Shown here one piece after another: positions 1 to 11,916 of a stretch of DNA of 64,000 bases (position 1 is the stretch's first letter; each line of letters starts with the position of its first letter). This DNA is from Eledone cirrhosa (Eukaryota), in assembly GCA_964016885.1 (NCBI GenBank), contig OZ024748.1:48856001-48920000 (forward strand), read 5' to 3'. The notes under the pieces were generated by a model. That model was not told where the DNA came from. It ran no database searches and saw nothing but the letters and a program-made list of their open reading frames with translations. Position numbers and translations under genes: made by a program.

Positions 1-198
1 TAATGGTAATGAAAGGGTTAATGACATAGACAATATCTTTCATGAGAAATATGGTAATGAAAGGGTTAATGATATAGGCAGTCTTTCATTAGAAATATGG
101 TAATGAAAGGGTTAATGATATAGGCAGTCTTTCATTAGAAATATGGTAATGAATGGGTTAATGACATAGACAGTGTATTTCATTAGAAATATGGTAAC
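1..198. repeat. Tandem repeat, 46-48 bp unit, ~4 copies, truncated by window start
   Basis: AGAAATATGGTAA recurs at 45, 91, 137, 185. Confidence 0.85.
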
Positions 199-929
199 AA
201 AACAGCTCATAGGATAAGAACTTTGTTACAGTTGGTGTTGTACCATTTGTTAGATAGAGAGAACATTTATAGAATAAAGTCTTAAACTCTATTACACTTG
301 TTTACTGGTTTTAGTCAGTGGCTGTGCTTCAATCATTTTAGTCTATCATATCAAACCCATATTTTATTGATCTCTGTTTGTTGAACTACTAAATTATGGG
401 ACATAAACAAACTGCATTGGTTGTTAAGCTGTGTCAGTGCAAATACACACATAAATTCATACACAAATACACACACATACACAAACACACGCACAAACTA
501 AATATATATATAAAGTATATGAGCAAGACACTGTCACCTGATCTGACTTGCCTCACAATGGGACAACTCATCTAACCCATACTAGTGTGGTAAATGGAAG
601 TTAAACGATGGTGTGTGTGTGTGTGTGGGGGGGGCTAAATACTGAGCTATAGATTTTCTAGGTTCTAAACATTTTAAACTGGTCTACAAATATGTTTAAT
701 CAGAATCGAAATGGGGGGGGGGGGGAGCGTTATCTGTTGATTAAAATGATGATGATGATGATGATGATAACTATAATGATGAGGGGTTGCTGATACAGAA
801 GAGGAAGATGTGGATGATGGGCAGCATTTATCTGCTCATATGTCTTTGTTGTTTTCAATATCTATTATCATCTTCAGACTTTACCATGGAGAGAGAGAGA
901 GAAAGAGAATAGATATAGAATTAATGTGG

Positions 930-1024
930 GTTATATATATATATGTGTGTTGTGTATATATATATATGTTGTATATATATATGTGTGTGTATATATCTGT
1001 GTGTATATATATATATATATAATA

Positions 1025-1075
<51 letters not shown>

Positions 1076-1433
1076 CGGAAAAAATGAAACGAAATTTCAT
1101 TTCCCACTCTTAGTACAGCTGTTACTTACTTATATAATATATTTATATTTATATATATATATATAATATATTTATATTTATATATATATATAATATATTT
1201 ATATTTATATATATATATATAATATATTTATATTTATATATATATATATAATATATTTATATTTATATATATATATATAATATATTTATATTTATATATA
1301 TATATATAATATATTTATATTTATATATATATATAATATATTTATATTTATATGTATATATATATATAATATATTTATATTTATATATATATATAATATA
1401 TTTATATTTATATGTATATATATATATATAATA

Positions 1434-1475
<42 letters not shown>
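930..1475. repeat. (TA)n microsatellite with compound ~28-bp AT unit
   Basis: TAATATATTTATATTTATATATATATA repeated. Confidence 0.9.
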
Positions 1476-1477
<2 letters not shown>

Positions 1478-1680
1478 GGATACATACAACTAAATAACTT
1501 GAAATGTCTCTAAGTAGTTGTGTTTGTGATGTTAATAGTTTGAAATAGAGATGTGTTGTTTTTTATGAGGAGTTTATAATTATGTCCACTTTTCGATTAA
1601 TGATATTAATATAGTGTAAGACGCTGGGTGTAGCGTGAGATGTCATTTACTGATCCAGCTCACATCAATAATAGTATTTA

Positions 1681-2148
1681 GGTGGTGGTGGTGGTGGTGG
1701 TGGTATTGGTGGTGGTGGTGGCAGTATTGTTGGTGGTGGTGGCAGTGGCAGTTACAATGAGGGTGATGATGATGATTGTAATTGTGATGATGGTTATGGT
1801 GTTGGCAGTGATGATGGTTATGGTGGTCGCAGTGATGATGGTTATGGTGGTCGCGGTGATGATGGTTATGGTGGTGGCGGTGATGATGGTTATGGTGGTG
1901 GCGGTGATGATGGTTATGGTGGTGGCGGTGATGATGGTGTTGGCAGTGATAATGATAGTGATGGTGTTGGGATGGTGATGGCAATGATGATGATGGTGAT
2001 GGTGATGGCAGTGATGATGATGGTGATGGCAGTGATGATGATGATGGTGATGGCAGTGATGATGATGGTGATGGCAGTGATGATGATGGTGATGGCAGTG
2101 ATGATGATGATGGTGATGGCAGTGGTGATGGCAGTGGTGATGATGATG
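1681..2148. repeat. (GTG/ATG)n trinucleotide repeat
   Basis: Seen directly; explains poly-V/M and poly-H ORFs. Confidence 0.9.
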
Positions 2149-2257
2149 TTTGTTTCAGACATTGCTGTCAATCTGTCATTTTATTTGATTCATCTGATAC
2201 AGAAGAAACAGCTAATCATATTGTTGTTTAAGGTGAAGAGGAGGGAGTTACCCACTA

Positions 2258-2824
2258 GCTGGTTGGTGGGTTGGATGGTGGGTTGGATGGTGGGTTGGTT
2301 GGTCGGTTGGTTGGTTGGTGGGTGGGTTGGTTGGTGGGTTGGATGGTGGGTTGGTGGGTGGGTGGGTTGGTTGGTTGGTTGGTGGGTTGGTTGGTTGGCT
2401 GGCTGGTTGGTTGGTGGGTTGGTGGGTGGGTTGGATGGTTGGTGGGTGGGTTGGTTGGTTGGTTGGTTGGTTGGTGGGTTGGTTGGTTGGTTGGTGGGTT
2501 GGCTGGCTGGTTGGTTGGTGGGTGGGTTGGTTGGTTGGTTGGTTGGTTGGTGGGTTGGTTGGTTGGTGGGTTGGCTGGCTGGTTGGTTGGTGGGTGGGTT
2601 GGTTGGTTGGTTGGTTGGTGGGTGGGTGGGTTGGTTGGTCGGTGGGTTGGTTGGTCGGTGGGTTGGTTGGTGGGTGGGTTGGTCGGTGGGTGGGTTGGTT
2701 GGTCGGTTGGTTGGTTGGTGGTTGGTTGGTGGGTTGGCTGGTTGGTTGGTGGGTTGGTTGGTGGGTGGGTTGGTTGGTGGGTGGGTGGGTTGGTTGGTTG
2801 GCTGGCTGGTTGGTCGGTTGGTTG
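2258..2824. repeat. (GGTT/GGTG)n tetranucleotide repeat
   Basis: Seen directly. Confidence 0.95.
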
Positions 2825-2912
2825 TAACCTTAGTTGTAAGCTGAGTGTAGCTGAGAAATGTTCCTTTTCCTGATGGATTGGCACAGGGACAGCTGGATAG
2901 TTAGATAGATAT

Positions 2913-3005
2913 ATTTCTTTATTATCCACAAGGGTGCACAAGAAAAGAGGACAAAAGAGACACATGCCAGGGATTTTACATACAATCGTGTAAAAATATG
3001 AAACA
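2913..3005 (-). mobile_element. 3' terminal remnant of Tx1/L1-like LINE
   Basis: Reverse complement matches the 3' end of the copies at 55054-55401 and 4400-4940 (TGTATGTAAAATCCC...CCCTTGTGG..AATAAAGAAA then TATC repeats). Confidence 0.65.
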
Positions 3006-3221
3006 TAGATAAACAGATAACTAGATGACTGGTATTAGTGCATATATTACTTGCAATAATATTAAAAAGAATACAAATGGCTGGTGCATGTTTGTACAAT
3101 GTTTTATATCACAGGAGTCAATAATAACACAATAGAAATATTTTACTACATGTCGTGATGGTGTAGTTGGTGAGTTGGTCTCGACTCCAAGACTGGAGCG
3201 TATACAGCAGAGAGAGAGAAG

Positions 3222-4212
3222 ACAGGAGTCATCTCTTCATAGGCAGAAGTCATCTCTAGGGAGAGAAAGCAGAAATCATCTCTTCATAGGCAGGAGTCAT
3301 CTCTAGGGAGAGAAAGCAGAAATCATCTCTTCATAGGCAGGAGTCATCTCTAGGGAGAGAAAGCAGAAATCATCTCTTCATAGGCAGAAGTCATCTCTAG
3401 GGAGAGAAAGCAGAAATCATCTCTTCATAGGCAGAAGTCATCTCTAGGGAGAGAAAGCAGAAATCATCTCTTCATAGGCAGGAGTCATCTCTAGGGAGAG
3501 AAAGCAGAAATCATCTCTTCATAGGCAGGAGTCATCTCTAGGGAGAGAAAGCAGAAATCATCTCTTCATAGGCAGGAGTCATCTCTAGGGAGAGAAAGCA
3601 GAAATCATCTCTTCATAGGCAGGAGTCATCTCTAGGGAGAGAAAGCAGAAATCATCTCTTCATAGGCAGGAGTCATCTCTAGGGAGAGAAAGCAGAAATC
3701 ATCTCTTCATAGGCAGGAGTCATCTCTAGGGAGAGAAAGCAGAAATCATCTCTTCATAGGCAGAAGTCATCTCTAGGGAGAGAAAGCAGAAATCATCTCT
3801 TCATAGGCAGGAGTCATCTCTAGGGAGAGAAAACAGAAATCATCTCTTCATAGGCAGGAGTCATCTCTAGGGAGAGAAAGCAGAAATCATCTCTTCATAG
3901 GCAGGAGTCATCTCTAGGGAGAGAAAGCAGAAATCATCCCTTCATAGGCAGAAATCATCTCTTCATAGGCAGGAGTCATCTCTAGGGAGAGAAAGCAGAA
4001 ATCATCTCTTCATAGGCAGGAGTCATCTCTAGGGAGAGAAAGCAGAAATCATCCCTTCATAGGCAGGAGTCATCTCTAGGGAGAGAAAACAGAAATCATC
4101 TCTTCATAGGCAGGAGTCATCTCTAGGGAGAGAAAGCAGAAATCATCCCTTCATAGGCAGGAGTCATCTCTAGGGAGAGAAAACAGAAATCATCTCTTCA
4201 TAGGCAGAAGTC
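3222..4212. repeat. 47-bp minisatellite, ~20 copies
   Basis: Unit GCAGAAATCATCTCTTCATAGGCAGGAGTCATCTCTAGGGAGAGAAA; period 3269 to 3316; built from two related sub-units. Confidence 0.95.
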
Positions 4213-4399
4213 AGCTCCAAGAAAAATGCGTGTTGTCGCCTCGGGAATAACCGCCGGAGTGTGTATTATTTTGGTGACGTCAGTTTGTGGCGTCAGAGCT
4301 ATGTGCAGGTAACTATGCATAGCTGTTACACGCCAGGTGTCGCTTCGCTACAGATAGATATAGATGGCGGGAGTGATAGATAGATAGATAGATAGATAT

Positions 4400-4940
4400 G
4401 TTTCTTTATTAGCTACAGGGGCACAAAAGAAGGGGACAAATACAAAGGGGGAAGTTTACATACAATAAAAACGTGTAAAATGTTATCACAAATGCAATTT
4501 AAAAAATTAGTCGATTTTCCCCAATAGGGGGAGACAGTTCATATGGGTAACACATACCCCCGAAAAAATGTGCAACCCTCATCTCCAGGAGTATGAAGAG
4601 TTTGTACTCCTTTCCTCTCCTCCTCCTTTTCCTCAACCTACAGGCTGATATAGAGAGAAGGTCCATTCACTCGAGCCATTCTCGCCACTTTCACCCACCT
4701 TTCATAAAACATGCTGGGGTACAGCACCTCTCTCTCCATCCTGATTCTTCTTCCAAAGTGGTATTTGAAAAAAAGAATCAGTTGTTGGCCGGAGAGAAAG
4801 GTGTCTGACCTCAGCCCTTTTAACCTTGTCCACCATACAACCTCTTTCGCCATAGCTATCACACAAAGGAAAACTGCCTCTCCTTCGTTTTTGAAGGAGG
4901 GTGGCGGTTTGATCATGACAATGGACTCGGTGGTCAACCG
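4400..4940 (-). mobile_element. 5'-truncated Tx1/L1-like LINE (ORF2 C-terminus plus 3' UTR) within a (GATA)n tract
   Basis: ORF 4638-5003 segment VFLCVIAMAKEVVWWTR...RRIRMERE...FYERW resembles Tx1 ORF2 C-termini; ends AATAAAGAAA; GATA repeats on both sides. Confidence 0.7.
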
Positions 4941-4953
4941 GATAGATAGATGG

Positions 4954-4985
<32 letters not shown>

Positions 4986-5162
4986 AGACAGATTGACTGA
5001 CAAATAAACAGAAGGCTGTCCGGGCGGACAGATTACTTCTTAGAAATATTCGACTAGATAGTATAAAGGGGAGATCGTATTTTTTAAATTTTGTTTGTCA
5101 TATGTAAAGTTGTGGACATGATAAAAGTGTACTGTGTGTGTGTGTGTGTGTTTGTGTCAGGA

Positions 5163-5198
<36 letters not shown>

Positions 5199-5299
5199 CT
5201 TTTCCATCGACGTTCGTCAAATCGGACCGAGGAAACAATGTTCCCATTGGTCTTTCCAATTGGTAGTACTATCTATCGGTCGCAACTCCAGGTAGAAGG

Positions 5300-5414
5300 A
5301 GCAACGTGAAATAAAGTGACTTGCTCAAGGACATAACGCATTGCCAGGAATCGAACTGACAACCTCACGATTGCGAATCCTCCAGTTCTCTAACCAATCA
5401 GCCACATACCTTCA
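5300..5414 (-). mobile_element. Diverged tRNA-SINE 5' half
   Basis: Minus strand shows A/B-box-like head (GTGGCTGATTGG, AGTTCGATTCC) then CCTTGAGCAAGTCACTTTATTTCAC as in SINE family A. Confidence 0.6.
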
Positions 5415-5868
5415 CCCCCCCCCCCCCCCACACACACACATACACACATGTATTTACTTTAGCAACAGGTAAATAAGAGTAGAGTAAGTTTGTAAGAGGT
5501 GTGTATTAGGTAACATTGATGAAGGAGTAGCTATATAAAGTGGTTTTAGTCAATGACATGAGAGATTGAGGTGTTGATATAAAAGATGGGGGGGGGGGGG
5601 GCATCATTTCACTTGAGTAGCTGTAGTAATCTTTCTGGCTAAATAACAAATATTTATTCTTTCAGTCTTTCTTTCCTTCTTTCCTTCTTTCTTTCTTTCC
5701 TTCTCTCTTTCTTTCTTTCTCCTGAAAATGAAAGAATTCTTTGTTTTTCTGTAGCTTTGTGAGTATGTATAGATATGTGTATGTATGTGATAGTCTGTAT
5801 GTATCTATGTATACATCGATATGTGTGTGTATGTATGTATGTATCTATCTATCTGTGTATGTATGTAT

Positions 5869-5911
<43 letters not shown>

Positions 5912-6269
5912 TATGTATGTATGTATGTATGTATGTATGTATGTATGTATGTATGTATGTGATTGTGTATGTATGGGTGTTTCTCTGTGTGTTAGTGTAT
6001 GTATATATGTTGGTACCTATATATGCATATGGCAGTGTATGTTGATTTATGAATGTGTGTATGTGTTTACAAATGCATGTGTATGTGTATGTAAGTGTGG
6101 AGGTGAGAACATGTATGTGAAAAGAGTGTATAATGTATATGTGTAAGTATATGTGTGTTTTCTGTGTGGCTAAAGAGTGGCATGTAGTTACTTACGTCTT
6201 CCCCCCTCCCTCTCTCTCTCTTTGTCTTTCTCTCTCGCTCTCTTTCTCTCTCTGTCTTTCTCTGTCTCT

Positions 6270-6308
<39 letters not shown>

Positions 6309-6768
6309 ATCTCTCTCCCTCTGACATATTCTGATTATCTCTTTCTCTCCCTTTCTCTCACTCTCTATCTACCTAACATATTTTGACTTCACCCCCCCTC
6401 CCCCAACATATTCTAAAAGAACTACTTTTTGGTGACATTCCTCTAATTGAAGTTAATGGAACATTCTTTGCTACACTCATACATTTCATCTTAGTATGTT
6501 TACTGATTTAAAAACAACAACAACAACAGCAACAATTTAACCATATCGGCTGAATGTTTTTCAGTGTAATCTCTTTAATAGTTGTCAAACCCATTCTAAA
6601 ATTGCATTACTCTCTTTATTTTTGCTCTCCTCCAATCAGAATAAAAGTTTTATTTGCTACGGAATTCTTTCTCAGGTGATGTCTTTTAAAACTCATTTCT
6701 GACATCAGGTCAATATAGTGTATTGTAGTGTAGGTGTGAGTATATATATATTTACAGACACACACACG

Positions 6769-6866
<98 letters not shown>

Positions 6867-7018
6867 ACACACACACACACACACACACCACACACACACA
6901 CATGCACGCACATACCATTGTATAGTCAGTTCTTACAACATACAGGCATACAGTCAAAAATCTATTAAAAAAACTGGGATACCCATATTCATTATATATA
7001 TACACACACACACACATG

Positions 7019-7053
<35 letters not shown>

Positions 7054-7276
7054 CACACGCTTATACACACATCTACATGCATATATGTATCTGTATGTAT
7101 CTTCATGTGTATTTGTGTGTGCGTATGTGTGTATTTATATATGTGTATTTATATATATTATAGAGCTCAGCCGTCGGGGTTCCGATTCTTTATAATATAA
7201 CCATACTCTACTGCCCCAAGTATTGAGTACTCTGGTGAGTAATGGTCTCACCAGCTTCAAACTGAATCCATCCTGA

Positions 7277-7332
<56 letters not shown>

Positions 7333-7681
7333 CACACACACACTTATCTATACATATATTGCTTCTCTGCACCAATGCTTGGTATAGGCCTATTATTTTT
7401 AATAAATTAGATTTCAGATGTCGCTCCTTCAGACTGTTTCTATAAGTAATGGCTTTGCCATTGAAAGCTTTAGAGATAATTCTAGAGAACTGTATAAACA
7501 AAAAGATCACTGGAACTCTATTATTGCTTGGTGTAATTTCAAGAATGGTAATGCCAGTTTTTATCCATTCTTCTAATGATCTTCTCTCGCTGAAATGGGA
7601 CAAAGAAATCAATCCTAATGATATTACTGCTGTTTTTCCTTCTGTTGCTTTTCAAAGAATCTTTCTATAGCTGCGGTGGAT

Positions 7682-7765
7682 GGGTGTGACTAAATGGTTA
7701 AGATGTCCACTTTTGCAACCATTAGGTCCTGTGTTCGATCTCACTGCATGGTATCTTGTGGCGTC
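7682..7765 (+). mobile_element. Diverged tRNA-SINE head (family C, CORE-like); related heads near 12930, 25720-25825 (-) and 54508
   Basis: GTGACTAAATGGTTAAGA...GCAACCAT...GTGTTCGATCTCACTGCATGG..ATCTTG resembles 54508-54640. Confidence 0.5.
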
Positions 7766-7799
7766 ATTTACTATAGCCATAACCTGTCACCTGGTTGTG

Positions 7800-9203
7800 T
7801 AGGTGACATGACAAAAAAACACCCAGTCCACCCTGTAAAGTAGTCATTTTAGTGACATGACAAAAAGCAACCAGTCCACCCTGTAAAGTAGTCAATTTGG
7901 TGACATGACAAAAAGCACCCAGTCCACTCTGTAAAGTAGTCATGTTGGTGACATGACAAAAAGCACCCAGTCCACCCTGTAAAGTAGTCAATTTGGTGAC
8001 ATGACAAAAAGCACCCAGTCCGCCCTGTAAAGTAGTCAATTTGGTGACATGACAAAAAGCACCCAGTCCGCCCTGTAAAGTAGTCAATTTGGTGACATGA
8101 CAAAAAGCACCCAGTCCGCCCTGTAAAGTAGTCAATTTGGTGACATGACAAAAAGCACCCAGTCCGCCCTGTAAAGTAGTCATGTTGGTGACATGACAAA
8201 AAGCACCCAGTCCACCCTGTAAAGTAGTCAATTTGGTGACATGACAAAAAGCACCCAGTCCGCCCTGTAAAGTAGTCAATTTGGTGACATGACAAAAAAC
8301 ACCCAGTCCACCCTGTAAAGTAGTCATGTTGGTGACATGACAAAAAGCACCCAGTCCACCCTGTAAAGTAGTCAATTTGGTGACATGACAAAAAGCACCC
8401 AGTCCGCCCTGTAAAGTAGTCAATTTGGTGACATGACAAAAAGCACCCAGTCCGCCCTGTAAAGTAGTCAATTTGGTGACATGACAAAAAGCACCCAGTC
8501 CGCCCTGTAAAGTAGTCAATTTGGTGACATGACAAAAAGCACCCAGTCCGCCCTGTAAAGTAGTCATGTTGGTGACATGACAAAAAGCACCCAGTCCACC
8601 CTGTAAAGTAGTCAATTTGGTGACATGACAAAAAGCACCCAGTCCACCCTGTAAAGTAGTCAATTTGGTGACATGACAAAAAGCACCCAGTCCACCCTGT
8701 AAAGTAGTCAATTTGGTGACATGACAAAAAGCACCCAGTCCACCCTGTAAAGTAGTCAATTTGGTGACATGACAAAAAGCACCCAGTCCACCCTGTAAAG
8801 TAGTCAATTTGGTGACATGACAAAAAGCACCCAGTCCACCCTGTAAAGTAGTCAATTTGGTGACATGACAAAAAGCACCCAGTCCACCCTGTAAAGTAGT
8901 CATGTTGGTGACATGACAAAAAGCACCCAGTCCACTCTGTAAAGTAGTCATGTTGGTGACATGACAAAAATCACCCAGTTCACCCTGTAAAGTAGTCATT
9001 TTAGTGACATGACAAAAAGCACCCAGTCCACCCTGTAAAGTAGTCAATTTGGTGACATGACAAAAATCACCCAGTTCACCCTGTAAAGTAGTCATTTTAG
9101 TGACATGACAAAAAGCACCCAGTCCACCCTGTAAAGTAGTCATTTTAGTGACATGACAAAAATCACCCAGTCCACCCTGTAAAATGGTCATGCTTGGTGA
9201 CAC
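7800..9203. repeat. 48-bp minisatellite, ~29 copies, derived from SINE/RTE 3' region
   Basis: Unit GTGACATGACAAAAAGCACCCAGTCCACCCTGTAAAGTAGTCAATTTG; similar to 19995-20090 and 10235-10280. Confidence 0.95.
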
Positions 9204-9402
9204 ATGCCTGTGGGAATGCTCAGGCACTTATATATATATCGCGAAAGTTGATGTATGTATTCACGTAACAGTCATCAACCAACCAAATTACACTTATATA
9301 TATTAAAAAAAAAAACCCAACAATTTGTGCTACATTTTTAAAGGCAAATACAATAAGAACTTTGTAACACAAACTGGCACAACATTTATTATATTATTCA
9401 CG

Positions 9403-9446
9403 TGACAGTTTCAGCTACTAACCTCTTTCTAGCCTTCATCAGGAAA
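9403..9446 (-). ncRNA. Hammerhead-ribozyme-like motif with degenerate inverted partner at 9509-9548 (+)
   Basis: Minus strand CTGATGA-AGGCTA...TAGCT-GAAA-CTG-TC; the second copy has CTGGTGA. Confidence 0.45.
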
Positions 9447-10039
9447 ACATAAAATTTAAGGGAAATTAGAGGTGGCAAGGGAAGTAGAAAGGAAGAAATT
9501 TAAGTCACTTTCCTGGTGAAGGCTAGAAGGAAGTTAGTAGTGGAAACCACCTGAGCCTGTGGTCAATCTTCTACCTTACTATATACCCATTCTGTATAAT
9601 ACCATATCTATTTATTTATACACTTATACCTACGTACCGTACCGTACCGTACGTACGTCCGACCGTGTCTGTCACGCTTTCAGTAATATAAATAAAAGTC
9701 GAATGACGTCTGTGAGATGTGCTAAAACAATGGAAGCGGGATGTTAAACAATCTACGAAAATCTACGGGTCCAGCTATTATTGAGTATTACTCCAATTTG
9801 TGGTCTTCTATATATACACACACCAATGGAGGTTCAGTAGAATCGAAGCTCTGGCTGTGGCCATGCTAACGAATGCAATCCGGAATGTGCAGCTAAGCAC
9901 TCCAATAAGGTAGTTTTACCTTAGAGTAATAACATTACGTTTAGACAGCTTGACAAGTTGAAGATTGCGACCGGTGAGCCAGCCGCAAGGACCAAAGCAA
10001 CAAGAAAACCAACTCAGGATAATATATATATATTTATAT

Positions 10040-10383
10040 GGAGGCACATGGCTTAGTTGTTAGAGCATTGGCCTTGCAATCGAAAGGTTGTGAGTTCAAT
10101 TCTCAGACCGGGTGATGTGTTGTTTCCTTGAGCAAGACACTTTATTTCACATTGCTCCAGTTTACTCAGCTGTAGAAATGAGATGATAGGGACTGGGGTC
10201 CATATCATTCCACTGCAAAGTGGTCGTGGAGGTGCCACGGCAAAAAAAGCACCCAGCACTCACTGTAAATGAGGTTGGTGTTAGGAAGGGCATCCAGCTG
10301 TAGAAATCAAGCCAGAATCGGTTCCCGTCCCACCCTTGCAAGCAGGGAAAAGTGGACGTAAAATGAAATGAAATGAAATGAAT
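10040..10383 (+). mobile_element. tRNA-derived SINE family A with RTE-like 3' end
   Basis: A box TGGCTTAGTTG, B box GAGTTCAATTC, central CCTTGAGCAAGACACTTT, 3' GGACGTAAAATGA tail; near-identical copies at 13504, 39893, 54656. Confidence 0.9.
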
Positions 10384-10740
10384 ATGATGGACTCACATCC
10401 ATTTGGACATATGAGGATCAAACAACCTGTTCAGTTCACTCAGTTTGGATGTTTATAATGGGCATGACATTTTAGATATGCCAAGGATTTGCATGCAAGT
10501 CCACAGTTTGTGCAAGGGTGAGGTTTACTGAATATATACACACATACATATATACATTTACATATAATATCCCTATATAAAGTCTAAATACAAATTCGAT
10601 TTCAGATTTAATCACCTTACTTTAAAATCTGTTTTGTTTTCTTTTTTTCTTTTTGCCCCAGTAACACATGTTTGTCATGTGTCCAGCTAGTTCATACTTT
10701 ACTATAAACTGTTATATATCTTTTTTCTTCTTCTTTTCAG

Positions 10741-11090
10741 TCCCAGTAACACACGTTTATCATCTGTCCAGCAAGTCCAGGAGTACCTATCAACAGATGG
10801 CACGTGTAAATGTGGTCTACAATGCCCGATTCTTGTAGACAAAGTGTTTAACTTTGATGTTAGTGTTGTGTCACGCCAGTGGACTGTCAATGATGTCAAC
10901 TGTGCTGAGGATCTTACCAAGCTGTGCAATCATAAACGGAAGATTATTGCCATGGCAACATTTCAGAGTAGTCAGGAGAGTATTCCAAATTTTGGTAAAA
11001 AAAACTTCTCTGATACAAATGTAATATCTGGTTCAACTGATACAGAGCATTCTCCAGGAAATTGTAACAACAGTAACAAAAACAACAAAA
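10741..11090 (+). CDS. MBD5: Internal coding exon of an MBD5/MBD6-family (Drosophila six-banded-like) methyl-CpG-binding-domain protein
   Basis: Polypyrimidine+CAG acceptor ending 10740 and GTAAGT donor at 11091; translation [39 protein letters not shown]...EDLTKLCNHKRKIIAMAT closely matches my recollection of human MBD5 ([37 protein letters not shown]...DVTKLCIHKRKIIAVAT). Phase 2 start, phase 1 end. Other exons not found. Confidence 0.9.
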
Positions 11091-11524
11091 GTAAGTACTA
11101 TATAGTATTTATTTAGTTATTTATTTTTCAGTCCCCTTTTTCTGTTATTGATGTTATTTTTGTTGGTGTTTAGTTTAATACCAGCCAACAGTGATTGAGA
11201 AGACTTATGATGTTCCAAGTCACCCAGTTTAACACCACTCCCTCTGGAGTTACAGGACCTTGCATGCATTCAAAACAGGTCTCCAGTTTGACCAATGACC
11301 GTACCTTTCTCCATCAATCTCTCTCTCCCTCTAACCAGTCTCAGAACTCCTACAAAGGGTTGTGTGAGAGTACAGCATTTCCTTCTCTGATGAAACAGTA
11401 ACCCCCCCCCCACACACACACACACATACATTGTCCAGTGTCTTCCATCGTTTTAAAAGTTGGTAAGATGGAGGCTATTTGATGGCTGAACTGTTAAGGA
11501 GTTTACTTTACAATTGTAAGGCCC

Positions 11525-11696
11525 CTGTGTTACATACTACAACTAGTAGCTAATCAAACACTGACCACTATCTGTCTTGCCTCTGTTACATGCTACAACT
11601 AGTAGCTGGTCAAACACTGACCACTATCTGTCTTGCCTCTGTTACATGCTACAATTAGTAGCTGGTCAAACACTGACCACTATCTGTCTTGCCTCT
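11525..11696. repeat. 56-bp tandem repeat, 3 copies
   Basis: GTTACAT recurs at 11529, 11585, 11641. Confidence 0.85.
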
Positions 11697-11730
11697 CATA
11701 CCCTGCTGTCATTAATTTTCAACAGCCACA

Positions 11731-11916
11731 GGCGGTGGATTGGCAGTATCGGTAGAGGGTCGGACGCCATGCTTTCCAGCATAGTTACGTCCCTTTACAA
11801 TCTGAGTTCAAATCCCGCCGAGGTTGACTTTGCCTTTCATCCTTACGGGGTCGATAAAATAAAGTACCAGTAATGAACTGGGTAATTGCTGGCCTTGTGC
11901 CTAAAGTAGAAACAAT
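11731..11916 (+). mobile_element. tRNA-SINE family B with Nin/Deu-domain-like core
   Basis: GGCGGTGGATTGGCAG head, GAGTTCAAATCCC B box, GACTTTGCCTTTCATCCTTACGGGGTCGATAAAATAAAGTACC core; many copies in the window. Confidence 0.85.

Noticed and set aside
7345-7670. Possible degenerate RT fragment on the minus strand
   Set aside because: Only a faint W..G.TIL resemblance; cannot be supported without a search
7764-9227. 487-aa and 372-aa repetitive Cys/His ORFs
   Set aside because: Product of a 48-bp (3n) minisatellite derived from non-coding SINE/LINE UTR sequence
10040-10110. tRNA gene
   Set aside because: tRNA-like head of a multi-copy SINE with no complete cloverleaf
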